Origin: a bacterium
GTDB taxonomy: Bacteria > BMS3Abin14
Assembly (NCBI GenBank): GCA_020349685.1
Contig: CP070698.1
Span: 1,673,985 to 1,693,107, forward strand
Direction of reading: 5' to 3'
DNA length: 19,123 nucleotides
How positions within the stretch are numbered: position 1 is the stretch's first letter; each line of letters starts with the position of its first letter. Positions 1 through 8,165 of this stretch are shown here, one piece after another. Below the pieces are notes generated by a model. It was not told where the DNA came from. It saw only the letters and a list, made by a program, of their open reading frames with translations, and did no database searches. A program made the position numbers and the translations under genes.

Positions 1-86
1 TCGAGCACCAGGATGCACCTGCTCATACCCTGGACATGCTCCCTGGCTTCCGAGATAAAAAGGTCCTTGTATTTGGACATGTCCAT
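1..86 (-). CDS. cheA: CheA, N-terminal Hpt (P1) start; gene continues off the left edge
   Basis: Not in the ORF track. Minus strand from ATG 86 reads MDMSKYKDLFISEAREHVQGMSRCILVL, a typical CheA P1 start, directly downstream of cheW-cheY. Confidence 0.88.
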   Translation of the reverse strand, partial: MDMSKYKDLFISEAREHVQGMSRCILVL

Positions 87-142
87 AACGGTCAAATCTC
101 TCTATCTGCCATTTTCGAACTGAGAATTGATCATTCCCATCT

Positions 143-170
143 GCAATCCGCAATGCGCAACGCGCAATTT
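143..170. repeat. Heptamer tandem array GCAAnnn x4
   Basis: gcaatcc gcaatgc gcaacgc gcaattt in the cheY-cheA gap. Confidence 0.7.
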
Positions 171-285
171 ATTCCTGCCTTTTCCATCTTCTCTGATGCA
201 CGGCAAAATAACCGTGGTCGGTTCCGGCAATGGAGCATGACCGCGGTTTTCCAGGACACCAGAACCAGACCCCGGACACTCTTTC

Positions 286-678
286 TTATCCGCCCCGCGT
301 CTCATCGAGGATGCGGACCACGACATCGAGAACCTTTTCGGGCTGGAACGGTTTGACGATGAAGTCCTTCGCCCCCGCGTCCAGCGCCTCCATGACGAGG
401 CTGTCCTGACCCAGTGCGCTGCACATGATCACGTTGGCCCCTGAGTCCATGCCCATGATCTCCTTGAGCGCCTCGATCCCCGTCATTTCGGGCATGACGA
501 TATCCATCGTTACGATATCGGGTTTGTGTTCCTTGTACTTCTCGACAGCCTCGACGCCGTTTTCCGCTTCGGCCACGACCTGGTAGTCCTCTTCCTTGTA
601 CTTTTTGCCGTTAAAGATCTCCGCGATCATGTTCCGCATGAACATGGCATCGTCAACGATCAACACCTTAACCGCCAT
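286..678 (-). CDS. cheY: CheY-type single-domain response regulator (DifD-like)
   Basis: VLIVDDAMFMR, phosphoacceptor in VTMDIVMP, CSALGQ, FIVKPF. Start overlaps the cheW stop (TGATG). Confidence 0.93.
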   Translation of the reverse strand: MAVKVLIVDDAMFMRNMIAEIFNGKKYKEEDYQVVAEAENGVEAVEKYKEHKPDIVTMDIVMPEMTGIEALKEIMGMDSGANVIMCSALGQDSLVMEALDAGAKDFIVKPFQPEKVLDVVVRILDETRGG

Positions 679-1172
679 CAGTCATCCCCTTTCGTGAGCT
701 CACCATCGATCCAAACCCGAAGCTTTTCAGGGTTAATCAGTGAAATAAGCTTGCCGTTGTCGCGAAAAACACCCTCAATGATCTCCACAGAACCCGCCTT
801 CGCCGGAGTGTCCCGGGCTATGTCCTCCAGCATGAAGTACGATGTGAAACCGGTCGTCGTATCCACGTGAAGGGCCATGCCTCCGTGTGCCGGAGTCAGG
901 ATAAGCAGGAGCCCCTCCCCCGCCGCGGACTTGATACCCAGGATCCTGCCCAGAGACAGCACGGACGCCAGGTTGCCGTGGACGTTGATAACGCCCATCA
1001 GGTAGGAAGGAGAGAGCGGAAGGGGCGTGATCTCTGACACCTTGAAGATCTCGGCGAGGGATTCCAGGGGAAGGGCAAAGTGCTCCCTTCCCACCGCAAA
1101 AACAACCACCTCGTGGGCCGGAAGGTTCGGAGTCGGCTCTTTTCCGGGTTCTGGCTGCCGTCTTTCACTCAT
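678..1172 (-). CDS. cheW: CheW coupling protein
   Basis: VVFAVGREHFALPLESLAEI, ITPLP, YLMGVINVHGNLASVLSL; lies between MCP and cheY. Confidence 0.92.
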   Translation of the reverse strand: MSERRQPEPGKEPTPNLPAHEVVVFAVGREHFALPLESLAEIFKVSEITPLPLSPSYLMGVINVHGNLASVLSLGRILGIKSAAGEGLLLILTPAHGGMALHVDTTTGFTSYFMLEDIARDTPAKAGSVEIIEGVFRDNGKLISLINPEKLRVWIDGELTKGDD

Positions 1173-1176
1173 GGTA

Positions 1177-2436
1177 TCAGACCTTGAACTCCTCGGAGAG
1201 TTTCCTGAGTTTTTCAGACAGCGCGGTCAGATCCTGGGCGGAGGCCGCCAGCTCCTCCATGGAAGCCGTCTGCTCCTCTGTCGCAGCGGAAACCTCTTCC
1301 GTTGAGGCGGCGTTGTCCTCGGCCACCTTCGAAACGTCATCGATGCTTTCGGTGATCTCCTTTGCAGCCTTGCTCTGGGATTCGGTCAGCTGTGATATCT
1401 CCTGGGCATGGGCGGTGGACTCCATGACCGCCTTGACGATCTCGTCAAGCGACTCGCCCATGCTCTGGACAATGTCCTGGCCTTCATCGAGGACCCCGGT
1501 CACGTCTTTCATGGAGACGAGAACCTGCTCGCTCTCATTTTGAATACGGCCGACGATTCCGGAGATCCTCTCGGCGAACTGTTCCGTGTTGGCCGCCAGC
1601 TTGCGGATCTCCTCAGCGACGACGGCAAATCCCCTTCCAGCTTCTCCTGCCCTCGCCGCTTCGATGGTGGCGTTGAGGGCCAGGAGCGTGGTCTGCTGCG
1701 CCACGTTGGTGATGATGTCGACGATCTCGCTGATCTCCTTGCTGCTCTCCCCGAAGGACAGAACCGAGTCACCGGCCCTGGAAACGTTATCGAAGACCTG
1801 TCCGATCTTGGTGATCATGTTCTCTGAATGTTTTCTTCCGGCCTCGGCGATGAATCCTGCCTCGGAGGAAACCTTGGCCGACTCAACGCCCTTGACAGCC
1901 ACCGCCGCAAGGCTCTGGGCCATGTGATGGATCGTGGTGGACATCCTCTCCACCTGAGTGGCCTGGGTTTCGGCTCCCTTGCTGATGCCGTCGATGGCGG
2001 CGGCGATCTCCTCGGTGGAGGCGTTCATCTCCTCGGCCGTGGCCGAGAGGGTCTGGGCTGCCTCGTGCACATCCTCCGAAGATGTTTTAAGGCCCCTCGC
2101 CAGGATGGAGAGTCTCTGGACCATTACACGGAACGCCTCTCGAAAGTCCGTCAGCTCGTCCTCAAAGTTTCTCTTGGCGGGGGTGAGATCCACGGTCAGG
2201 TCCCCTTCACTCATCTTCAGGGCCACGTCCCTCATCTCCCGGATGTCCCGCGTAAAGCTGTTGGCAAAAAAACTGCCGAGGCTGAGTCCCACCGCGATAG
2301 CCGCAAAACCCGCCCCCATCTCCTTCCACGCACCTTCTTCCACGCCGACCAGGTCGAAAAAATAGGGTACGAAGACCACGACGGCGACGACGCAGAGGAA
2401 CGCCAGGATCATTTTGTACCTGATTTCCATTCTCAT
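1177..2436 (-). CDS. Methyl-accepting chemotaxis protein, 2 TM + HAMP + 44H signalling domain (DifA-like)
   Basis: Tip motif [31 protein letters not shown]. 154 aa from tip to C-terminus (22 heptads). Two hydrophobic helices joined by about 10 aa. Start set at ATG 2436 after AAGGAG (track: 2457). Confidence 0.93.
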   Translation of the reverse strand: MRMEIRYKMILAFLCVVAVVVFVPYFFDLVGVEEGAWKEMGAGFAAIAVGLSLGSFFANSFTRDIREMRDVALKMSEGDLTVDLTPAKRNFEDELTDFREAFRVMVQRLSILARGLKTSSEDVHEAAQTLSATAEEMNASTEEIAAAIDGISKGAETQATQVERMSTTIHHMAQSLAAVAVKGVESAKVSSEAGFIAEAGRKHSENMITKIGQVFDNVSRAGDSVLSFGESSKEISEIVDIITNVAQQTTLLALNATIEAARAGEAGRGFAVVAEEIRKLAANTEQFAERISGIVGRIQNESEQVLVSMKDVTGVLDEGQDIVQSMGESLDEIVKAVMESTAHAQEISQLTESQSKAAKEITESIDDVSKVAEDNAASTEEVSAATEEQTASMEELAASAQDLTALSEKLRKLSEEFKV

Positions 2437-2476
2437 GGCAGGGGACTCCTTTCCCACTAAATGAATTCCAATGGAG

Positions 2477-3346
2477 TTACAGACTATCCGCCAGCGGTTC
2501 TCCCCTCATCCGGTAAATGCGCTCCGTAGGCGAAACGCTCTGGAAATAGAGCCTGTTCCTGCCTATCAGAGTCTCGGCCTTGCCCAGCATGAGGTAACCG
2601 CCATCACAAAGGTTCCTGGAAAAACCCGAGATGACCCTCTCCTGGTTCTCCCTTGAAAAATAGATCAGAAGGTTCCTGCAAACGATGAGGCTGTGCATCG
2701 ATCCGGGCTGGTCCTTGAGGACATCGCCTGTGCGGAAGGTGACGCATTCTCTGACCTCATTGCTGACGCTGTAACCCCTTTCCTCCTCCTTGAAAAACAG
2801 CCGTATATCTTCCTCCTGAAGGTTTTTGAGCGATTCCCTGCCGTATACCCCCCTCCTGGCCCTGGCCAGGATGTTCCTGTCCACATCGGTGGCCAGGACG
2901 TGGAAGGGAACAAACAGGCGGTGCTTTTTCCTGGTTCTCAACAGCGATATTGCCAGGCTGTAAGGTTCCTCACCGCTCGAGCAGCCGGCGCTCCACAATT
3001 CGAGCCTGCCCCGATGCCTTTGCTCCTCCATCAACCGAGGAAATATCTTCCTCTCGAGGTATTCGAAGGCAGGAGGGTTCCTGAAAAACTCTGTAACGTT
3101 AATCGTCAGGTACTGGAACAGGTGTTCCAGTTCTTCAGGGTGCCGGCTGAGGAACCGGTAGTAGGCACCCAGGTCGCTGTGTCCCCTGGAACGCACCTTC
3201 AGGTAGATCCTCCGGAGGATACAGCGTTCCTTGTAGGCCTCCAGGTCAAACCCCTTTTCCCGAACGAAGAGTTCCTTCAAGGCCTCAAAGGCCCAGGCAT
3301 CCTTTTCCGGGAGGAGGCCGGCCTCCGAGGTTCTGACCACTACCAC
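2477..3346 (-). CDS. cheR: CheR methyltransferase
   Basis: [50 protein letters not shown]. Confidence 0.95.
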   Translation of the reverse strand: MVVVRTSEAGLLPEKDAWAFEALKELFVREKGFDLEAYKERCILRRIYLKVRSRGHSDLGAYYRFLSRHPEELEHLFQYLTINVTEFFRNPPAFEYLERKIFPRLMEEQRHRGRLELWSAGCSSGEEPYSLAISLLRTRKKHRLFVPFHVLATDVDRNILARARRGVYGRESLKNLQEEDIRLFFKEEERGYSVSNEVRECVTFRTGDVLKDQPGSMHSLIVCRNLLIYFSRENQERVISGFSRNLCDGGYLMLGKAETLIGRNRLYFQSVSPTERIYRMRGEPLADSL

Positions 3347-3383
3347 AGGCCGCTCTCCGTAACCTCCGAAGATTTATCCGTTT

Positions 3384-3413
3384 TTTGTATCACAGCAAAT
3401 TTTGAAGTGTCAA
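3384..3413 (-). promoter_or_regulatory. Putative sigma70 promoter for the che cluster
   Basis: Minus strand TTGACA (3413-3408), 18 nt, TACAAA preceded by TGn, in a 198-bp gap. Confidence 0.45.
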
Positions 3414-3544
3414 CGACTCGCTACCTTCGAGTTCCAATTAAAAGGTCCCACGTGCCACGTTTCCGGTTCGCGTGCAGTCTCGAACTGCAGACATCAAACC
3501 TGTTTTTTCCTCTCTACTCCGTACCGTGGGATCCGCATTCCCAG

Positions 3545-5173
3545 TCAGTCCCGGTTCCAGGAATCCAGGGACGGGAGGGTCACGACGATCCTGCACCCAT
3601 CGGAGTATGTCTCATCCATGGTGATCGTACCCCGGTGTGTTTCCACGATGGCCTTGGCGATGGGCAGGCCCAGACCTGTGCCTTCAGGTTTTTCCGTCAT
3701 GATATCACCGCCCTGTTCAAACCGGTCGAAGATCCTGTCCAGGTCCTTCCTGGACACCCCGACCCCGCTGTCCTCGAGGGATATGAGGACCCCCCCTTCA
3801 CTGAAAGCCTCGGCTTTTACCCTCACGAAACCTCCCTGGGCCGTGAACTTGAGGGCGTTGTCGAGCAGCTTGTCGAAGGCCTTGACCATCTTGTCCCGAT
3901 CTACCCATACAGGGGGCAGATCATCGGGCAGGTCCAGGCTCAGGTCAACACCTTTGATCCCGAACCGGGGCCACTGGCCCCTGACCGATTCCTCCAGGAA
4001 ATAGTAAAGCTGGGATTCGCCAAACAGGAAAGGGGCCGAACCCGTGTCGAGCCGCAGCAGGTCGGTGCTGTCGTCGATGAGGTTCGAAAGGCGGCCGGCC
4101 GCCTCCATGGCCACACTCACCTTTTCCAGATGAGACCGATCCGTAAGGGTGTTTTTCAACAGTTCCAGATAGCCGAGGATAATGGTAACCGGTGTCCTGT
4201 ATTCATGGGATACATTTATGATGAAATCCGATTTCACCTGGTCGACGATCTTCAGCTTCCCGTAGGCCTCCTCCAGTTCCCGCGCCTTGCGTTCCAGGTT
4301 ATGGTAGAGCCTCACCCGCTCGATGCTGACCGAGATGTGGGCGGCGAATACAGACAGGATGCGCAGGTCATATTCGTTGAGCGGGCCGGACCGGCTCTTG
4401 TTGTTGGCGTTCAAGACACCGATGACACGATCACCGACCTTGAGGGGAACACAGATGAGGGACTTGGTCGTGTACCGGCCGTGGCTCCTGACCTTGGCGA
4501 ACCGTTCGTCCGCCTCCACATCCTTGACAAGCAGGGGTTCCCCGGACAGGGCTACCGTTCCGGACACACCCTTGCCAATCTCCATCCTGGAGGTCTCTAC
4601 GATCTTCTGGCTCAGCCCTCTCGCTGCCATGATGCTCAGATGCCTGCCCTCCTCGTCCACGAGCATGATGGAGACGATGGCATAGCCGAGATCATCGGCA
4701 ATGTGCTTGACGATCTTGTCAAGGACATCCCGGACCTCCAGTTCCGGTCCCATTTCGAGGGCAAGGTCGAGAAGGACGGAGGCCTCCGCGTACCTTTCCT
4801 TCATCTCCTGCCACCTGGAAAAAGCATCTGTACTCTCCAGGTGTTTTCTGGCAGTTTCCGCCAGGATCTCCCTGATGAGGCCCGGCCTGAGGTGGGGCTC
4901 CAGAAATCCCAACACCCTGACGCCGAGAAGATCGGTGGGGTCAACTTCGTCGGGAGATATCATGAGGAGGACCTCCGGTTGAGGACCGGACCTGTTCCGG
5001 AGATACTGATGGTGCTGCAGCCTCTCCGGTATGGTCACGAGAATATCGGGAACCGGTTCGGCCGAATCGCCCAGGCTGACCTCCCATTCCAGACCGACGG
5101 CCGACTCGGTGATGAGGGCCTCATGCTCCTTGCTGGCAAGGTCGATATGGATCCTGAAAGGGGCCATGGTCAC
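3545..5173 (-). CDS. Sensor histidine kinase: degenerate receiver-like N-terminus, GAF, HisKA, HATPase
   Basis: GAF motifs IGKGVSGTVALSGEPLLVKDV and SLICVPLKVGDRVIGVL; H-box VSHEYRTP; N-box LLDNALKFT; EDSGVG; GTGLGL. Start may be ATG 5167. Confidence 0.9.
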   Translation of the reverse strand: MTMAPFRIHIDLASKEHEALITESAVGLEWEVSLGDSAEPVPDILVTIPERLQHHQYLRNRSGPQPEVLLMISPDEVDPTDLLGVRVLGFLEPHLRPGLIREILAETARKHLESTDAFSRWQEMKERYAEASVLLDLALEMGPELEVRDVLDKIVKHIADDLGYAIVSIMLVDEEGRHLSIMAARGLSQKIVETSRMEIGKGVSGTVALSGEPLLVKDVEADERFAKVRSHGRYTTKSLICVPLKVGDRVIGVLNANNKSRSGPLNEYDLRILSVFAAHISVSIERVRLYHNLERKARELEEAYGKLKIVDQVKSDFIINVSHEYRTPVTIILGYLELLKNTLTDRSHLEKVSVAMEAAGRLSNLIDDSTDLLRLDTGSAPFLFGESQLYYFLEESVRGQWPRFGIKGVDLSLDLPDDLPPVWVDRDKMVKAFDKLLDNALKFTAQGGFVRVKAEAFSEGGVLISLEDSGVGVSRKDLDRIFDRFEQGGDIMTEKPEGTGLGLPIAKAIVETHRGTITMDETYSDGCRIVVTLPSLDSWNRD

Positions 5174-5590
5174 CTAGGAAAGGAGGTGCGCCTCGTGCTC
5201 CTTAACGAGGGTCAAGAGGTTTTTTTTCGTTGTTTCCTTGTCTAGATCCTCGAGGGCATTGAAGACCCAGGTCTTGACGGCGACGGGACGGCCGCTGGAC
5301 TGGACCCACTGGGTGATGCTCCTGGCTTCCGCCCAGGAAGCATCGTCGCCGGAGGGGATAAGGATCAATATGCCGTCCACCTGCACGCCTCTTTCAAGCA
5401 GTTTGAGGGTCATGTTCTGCAGTTTGCCCGCGATGCCCATACCCACTACCTCGAGATCCCCACCCTCCACGTTGAGCGTGACCTTCTCACCATGGCCCCT
5501 TGGAGAAAGTTCGAAAGTCCCGAACAACCCGCCGAGGAAGGCCTGCCTGGCCTGCTCGGAGGGCGACAATATCATGTAACGGATAATCAC
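5174..5590 (-). CDS. Hypothetical protein, probable degenerate small-GTPase fold
   Basis: Fills the operon gap (12 nt upstream, abutting downstream). Strand/helix pattern resembles Ras/MglA-type proteins (VDGILILIPSGDDASWAEARSI...GRPVAV) but lacks GKT and NKxD. The CDS is well supported; the fold call is inference. Confidence 0.7.
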   Translation of the reverse strand: MIIRYMILSPSEQARQAFLGGLFGTFELSPRGHGEKVTLNVEGGDLEVVGMGIAGKLQNMTLKLLERGVQVDGILILIPSGDDASWAEARSITQWVQSSGRPVAVKTWVFNALEDLDKETTKKNLLTLVKEHEAHLLS

Positions 5591-5602
5591 ATCGCCACCC
5601 CG

Positions 5603-6580
5603 TCAGAGTTTTTCCAGAGCGACCCTGATCTTCCTGAGAAGGTCGCTTTTTATAGCGGTGTCTGTGCGCCCCGCCAGCATCCCCTTTTTCAGGGCCTCCC
5701 TGGTGAGGGGAAAAAAGATGTACGGGGGCAGGCCCGACTTTTCCAGCGCCGAATGGATGCCGACGCCTCCTTCGAAGGCCTGGACCAGCTCTTTAAGCTT
5801 GCCTTCCGCTTTTTCGGCCTCTTCGCCGGGCTGAAGGACCGTACTTGCCGGCGGGAGGTTCCGGACCGATTCCTCCATTTCGTCAGCCAGCCTGACACCC
5901 TCCATGAGGAGCTCCTGACCTCCGCTGCGTTCCATGTTTTCTTCAACGGAAAGTATTTTGTGTTCGAGCTTGAAGCGGCCTTCCTTCCATGAGAGCATGG
6001 TATAGAAAGCCTCAATACCTTCCCAATCCCCTGTCTTGGCGTATACAGGCTCTCCATGATCAAAGTAGATGCGTCCCGGTCCCAGGGAGGATTCGAGCAG
6101 GAGCATCCCTGTTTTCCGGCCCATTTCGATGAGCTGGATCACGTCGACAAGATCCACTTCCTTGATAAGGCCTTCCAGGCTGCCGAGCTCCTTCAATTCG
6201 CTCAACTTCTTGGTTATGGAGCGAACCTTCGCCTTGAGCTCCTTTATGGAGAAGGGCTTGGTGATGTAATCATCCGCCCCCATCTCGAGACCCACGACCC
6301 GCTCATCCACGTCCTTTTTCGCGCTCAGGAAAACAAAGGGGATGGAAGATGTTTCCGGCCTGGATTTTATCTTCCTGTACAACCCGTAGCCGTCCAGACG
6401 CGGCATCATGATATCGGACAGGATGATATGCGGTTTGACCTGAAGGGCCTTGTCAAAGGCCTCCATGCCGTCAGCGGCTTCCAAAACCTCGAAACCGTCT
6501 TCAAAGGCCAGACGCAGAAGGTGCCTGATATTGTCCTCATCATCGACGATGAGGATCTTTATCCTGGTATCGTCAGTCAT
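5603..6580 (-). CDS. Response regulator, REC + DUF4388 (PatA_N-like) domain
   Basis: REC motifs ILIVDDE, SDIMMP, YITKPF. DUF4388 pattern LEGLIKEVDLVDVIQLIEMGRKTG..GRIYFDHGE..WKEGRF..LLMEG. Start set at ATG 6580, an 8-nt overlap with the upstream stop (track: 6646). Confidence 0.88.
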   Translation of the reverse strand: MTDDTRIKILIVDDEDNIRHLLRLAFEDGFEVLEAADGMEAFDKALQVKPHIILSDIMMPRLDGYGLYRKIKSRPETSSIPFVFLSAKKDVDERVVGLEMGADDYITKPFSIKELKAKVRSITKKLSELKELGSLEGLIKEVDLVDVIQLIEMGRKTGMLLLESSLGPGRIYFDHGEPVYAKTGDWEGIEAFYTMLSWKEGRFKLEHKILSVEENMERSGGQELLMEGVRLADEMEESVRNLPPASTVLQPGEEAEKAEGKLKELVQAFEGGVGIHSALEKSGLPPYIFFPLTREALKKGMLAGRTDTAIKSDLLRKIRVALEKL

Positions 6581-8165
6581 GAAGGCTCTCTCCCAGGGCG
6601 GCGACGAAGGCATCGACAACCTTCGGGTCGAACTGGCTGCCTGCATTCTTCTCCAGCTCCAGCAGCGCCTCCCGATGGTTCAGCCTGCCCCTGTAAGGAC
6701 GATTGGTCGTCATGGCATCGTAGGCATCCGCAACGGCTATGATCCTCCCGATCATGGGAATGCTGTCCCCCGTCAGCCCGGAAGGGTAGCCCGTGCCGTC
6801 ATAGTGTTCGTGGTGATGACGGATCCCCGGAACGATTTCGTAAAAGGATTCGAACTTACCCAGGATCTCGGCACCGATGACAGGATGCTCTTGCATCGCC
6901 TCCATTTCACTCTCATTCAGGCGCCCCTGTTTGGTCAGGATGTGTTCCCTGACCCCTATCTTGCCGAAATCGTGGAGCTGCCCCGCGATCCTGATCATCG
7001 TCACGAATCTGGGGTCAAAATCCATACCCCGGGCAGCCAGCACGGCGTATTCCGCCACCCGCCTGGAATGTCCATGGGTATAAGGGTCCTTGGCATCCAC
7101 TGCGGAGGAAAGGGCGCCCAGTGTGGCGAAGAGCAGGTCGGCGATCTCCTGGTACAGCTGCAGTGTGTGGAGGACCGATGCGGCCTGCCGGGAAAGTGCC
7201 AGGGCGAAGCGCAGACCACCGTCTCCGACCATCCCCTTTTTCTGCCAGCCGAAGACGAGGAAGCCCCTCCGGTTGTTCCGCAGCCTGAAGGGGACGACGA
7301 GCAGATCCCCCGTACGGGGTGCCGGCTCCACATCCCGGAATCCGGGTCCCAGAACCAGGGAGGGTCCCTGGCAGCGTACGATCATATCCATGAGGGGAGG
7401 GGGGAGGGTCTCCTTTTCAGACCAGGGCAGCTTGCCGTAGGTCTCTATCTGGTCGATCCCGGCCTTACCATCCCCAAGGAGGGTTACGAAAAGACCCCAT
7501 CGCGCATTGAGCTTCTGAACGCCCTTGTCGAGGATCACCGCAAGAGCTTTCTGGTGTCCGCTGTCCGGGCCCAGGCTCTCCGTGATGGCGTAGAGGAACA
7601 TGAGCTCCTCGTATTTCTGGAAGAGGTATTCCGTGGTTTCTTCCAGGGCCTCCAGGGCCTTTACCTTTTCAAGGAGCTGCTTCTGGACAAAATGGCCCAG
7701 GGCCAGGGCGCGGGAGAGCGTGAACACTTGACTTTCGGCCGCCGCGGCCAGAAGGCCGTCGAGGTCTCCAGGCATGATCTCGGCCCCGATGGTCCTGAGA
7801 TGTTTCCTGTGCTCGTCCGAGAGCCCCTCGATGACCACCTGGCCCATGACAACCGTTCCGCAATCGTTTCCATCAGGTGAAAGGATGGGAACGGCCATCT
7901 CGCCCATGCGCGCGTGGCACAGATCGAACTCCGGCATACCGCTCTCGGCCGCTTTCACCCTCAGCGCATCAATGGAGGCTTTGCATCGGAGGGCACCCTC
8001 CTTCGAGCTCTTAATCTGAAGGCAGAAGGAGGACTCCCCTATGGCCATATCCTGGAGGTCCGAAGAGACGGGGAAATACACCATGCTCAAGCCCGTTATT
8101 TTAAAAAGGGACAGGAAGAATTCCTTCAGCTCTTCCCGGGGCAGCTGGAATAAAGACTGCTCCAT
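6573..8165 (-). CDS. PocR sensor + GAF-like + HD-GYP cyclic dinucleotide phosphodiesterase
   Basis: PocR cysteine pattern SSFC..RC..LCHARMGEMAVPI..VMGQV. HD-GYP motifs KDPYTHGHS, LHDFGKIG, HHHEHYDGTGYP, AVADAYDAM..RPYR. Confidence 0.9.
   Translation of the reverse strand: MEQSLFQLPREELKEFFLSLFKITGLSMVYFPVSSDLQDMAIGESSFCLQIKSSKEGALRCKASIDALRVKAAESGMPEFDLCHARMGEMAVPILSPDGNDCGTVVMGQVVIEGLSDEHRKHLRTIGAEIMPGDLDGLLAAAAESQVFTLSRALALGHFVQKQLLEKVKALEALEETTEYLFQKYEELMFLYAITESLGPDSGHQKALAVILDKGVQKLNARWGLFVTLLGDGKAGIDQIETYGKLPWSEKETLPPPLMDMIVRCQGPSLVLGPGFRDVEPAPRTGDLLVVPFRLRNNRRGFLVFGWQKKGMVGDGGLRFALALSRQAASVLHTLQLYQEIADLLFATLGALSSAVDAKDPYTHGHSRRVAEYAVLAARGMDFDPRFVTMIRIAGQLHDFGKIGVREHILTKQGRLNESEMEAMQEHPVIGAEILGKFESFYEIVPGIRHHHEHYDGTGYPSGLTGDSIPMIGRIIAVADAYDAMTTNRPYRGRLNHREALLELEKNAGSQFDPKVVDAFVAALGESLHD

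Noticed and set aside
102-326. 74-aa ORF between cheY and cheA
   Set aside because: Overlaps the cheY end, runs through repeats, and has no protein-like motif or clear RBS.
3473-3489. TGCAGT-CTCGA-ACTGCA hairpin as a terminator
   Set aside because: Short stem with no adjacent U-tract on the transcribed minus strand.
2693-5245. 850-aa plus-strand ORF, and similar long ORFs at 6450-7880, 9161-10393 and 12602-13750
   Set aside because: Antisense shadows of well-supported genes in GC-rich DNA; no recognisable motifs.
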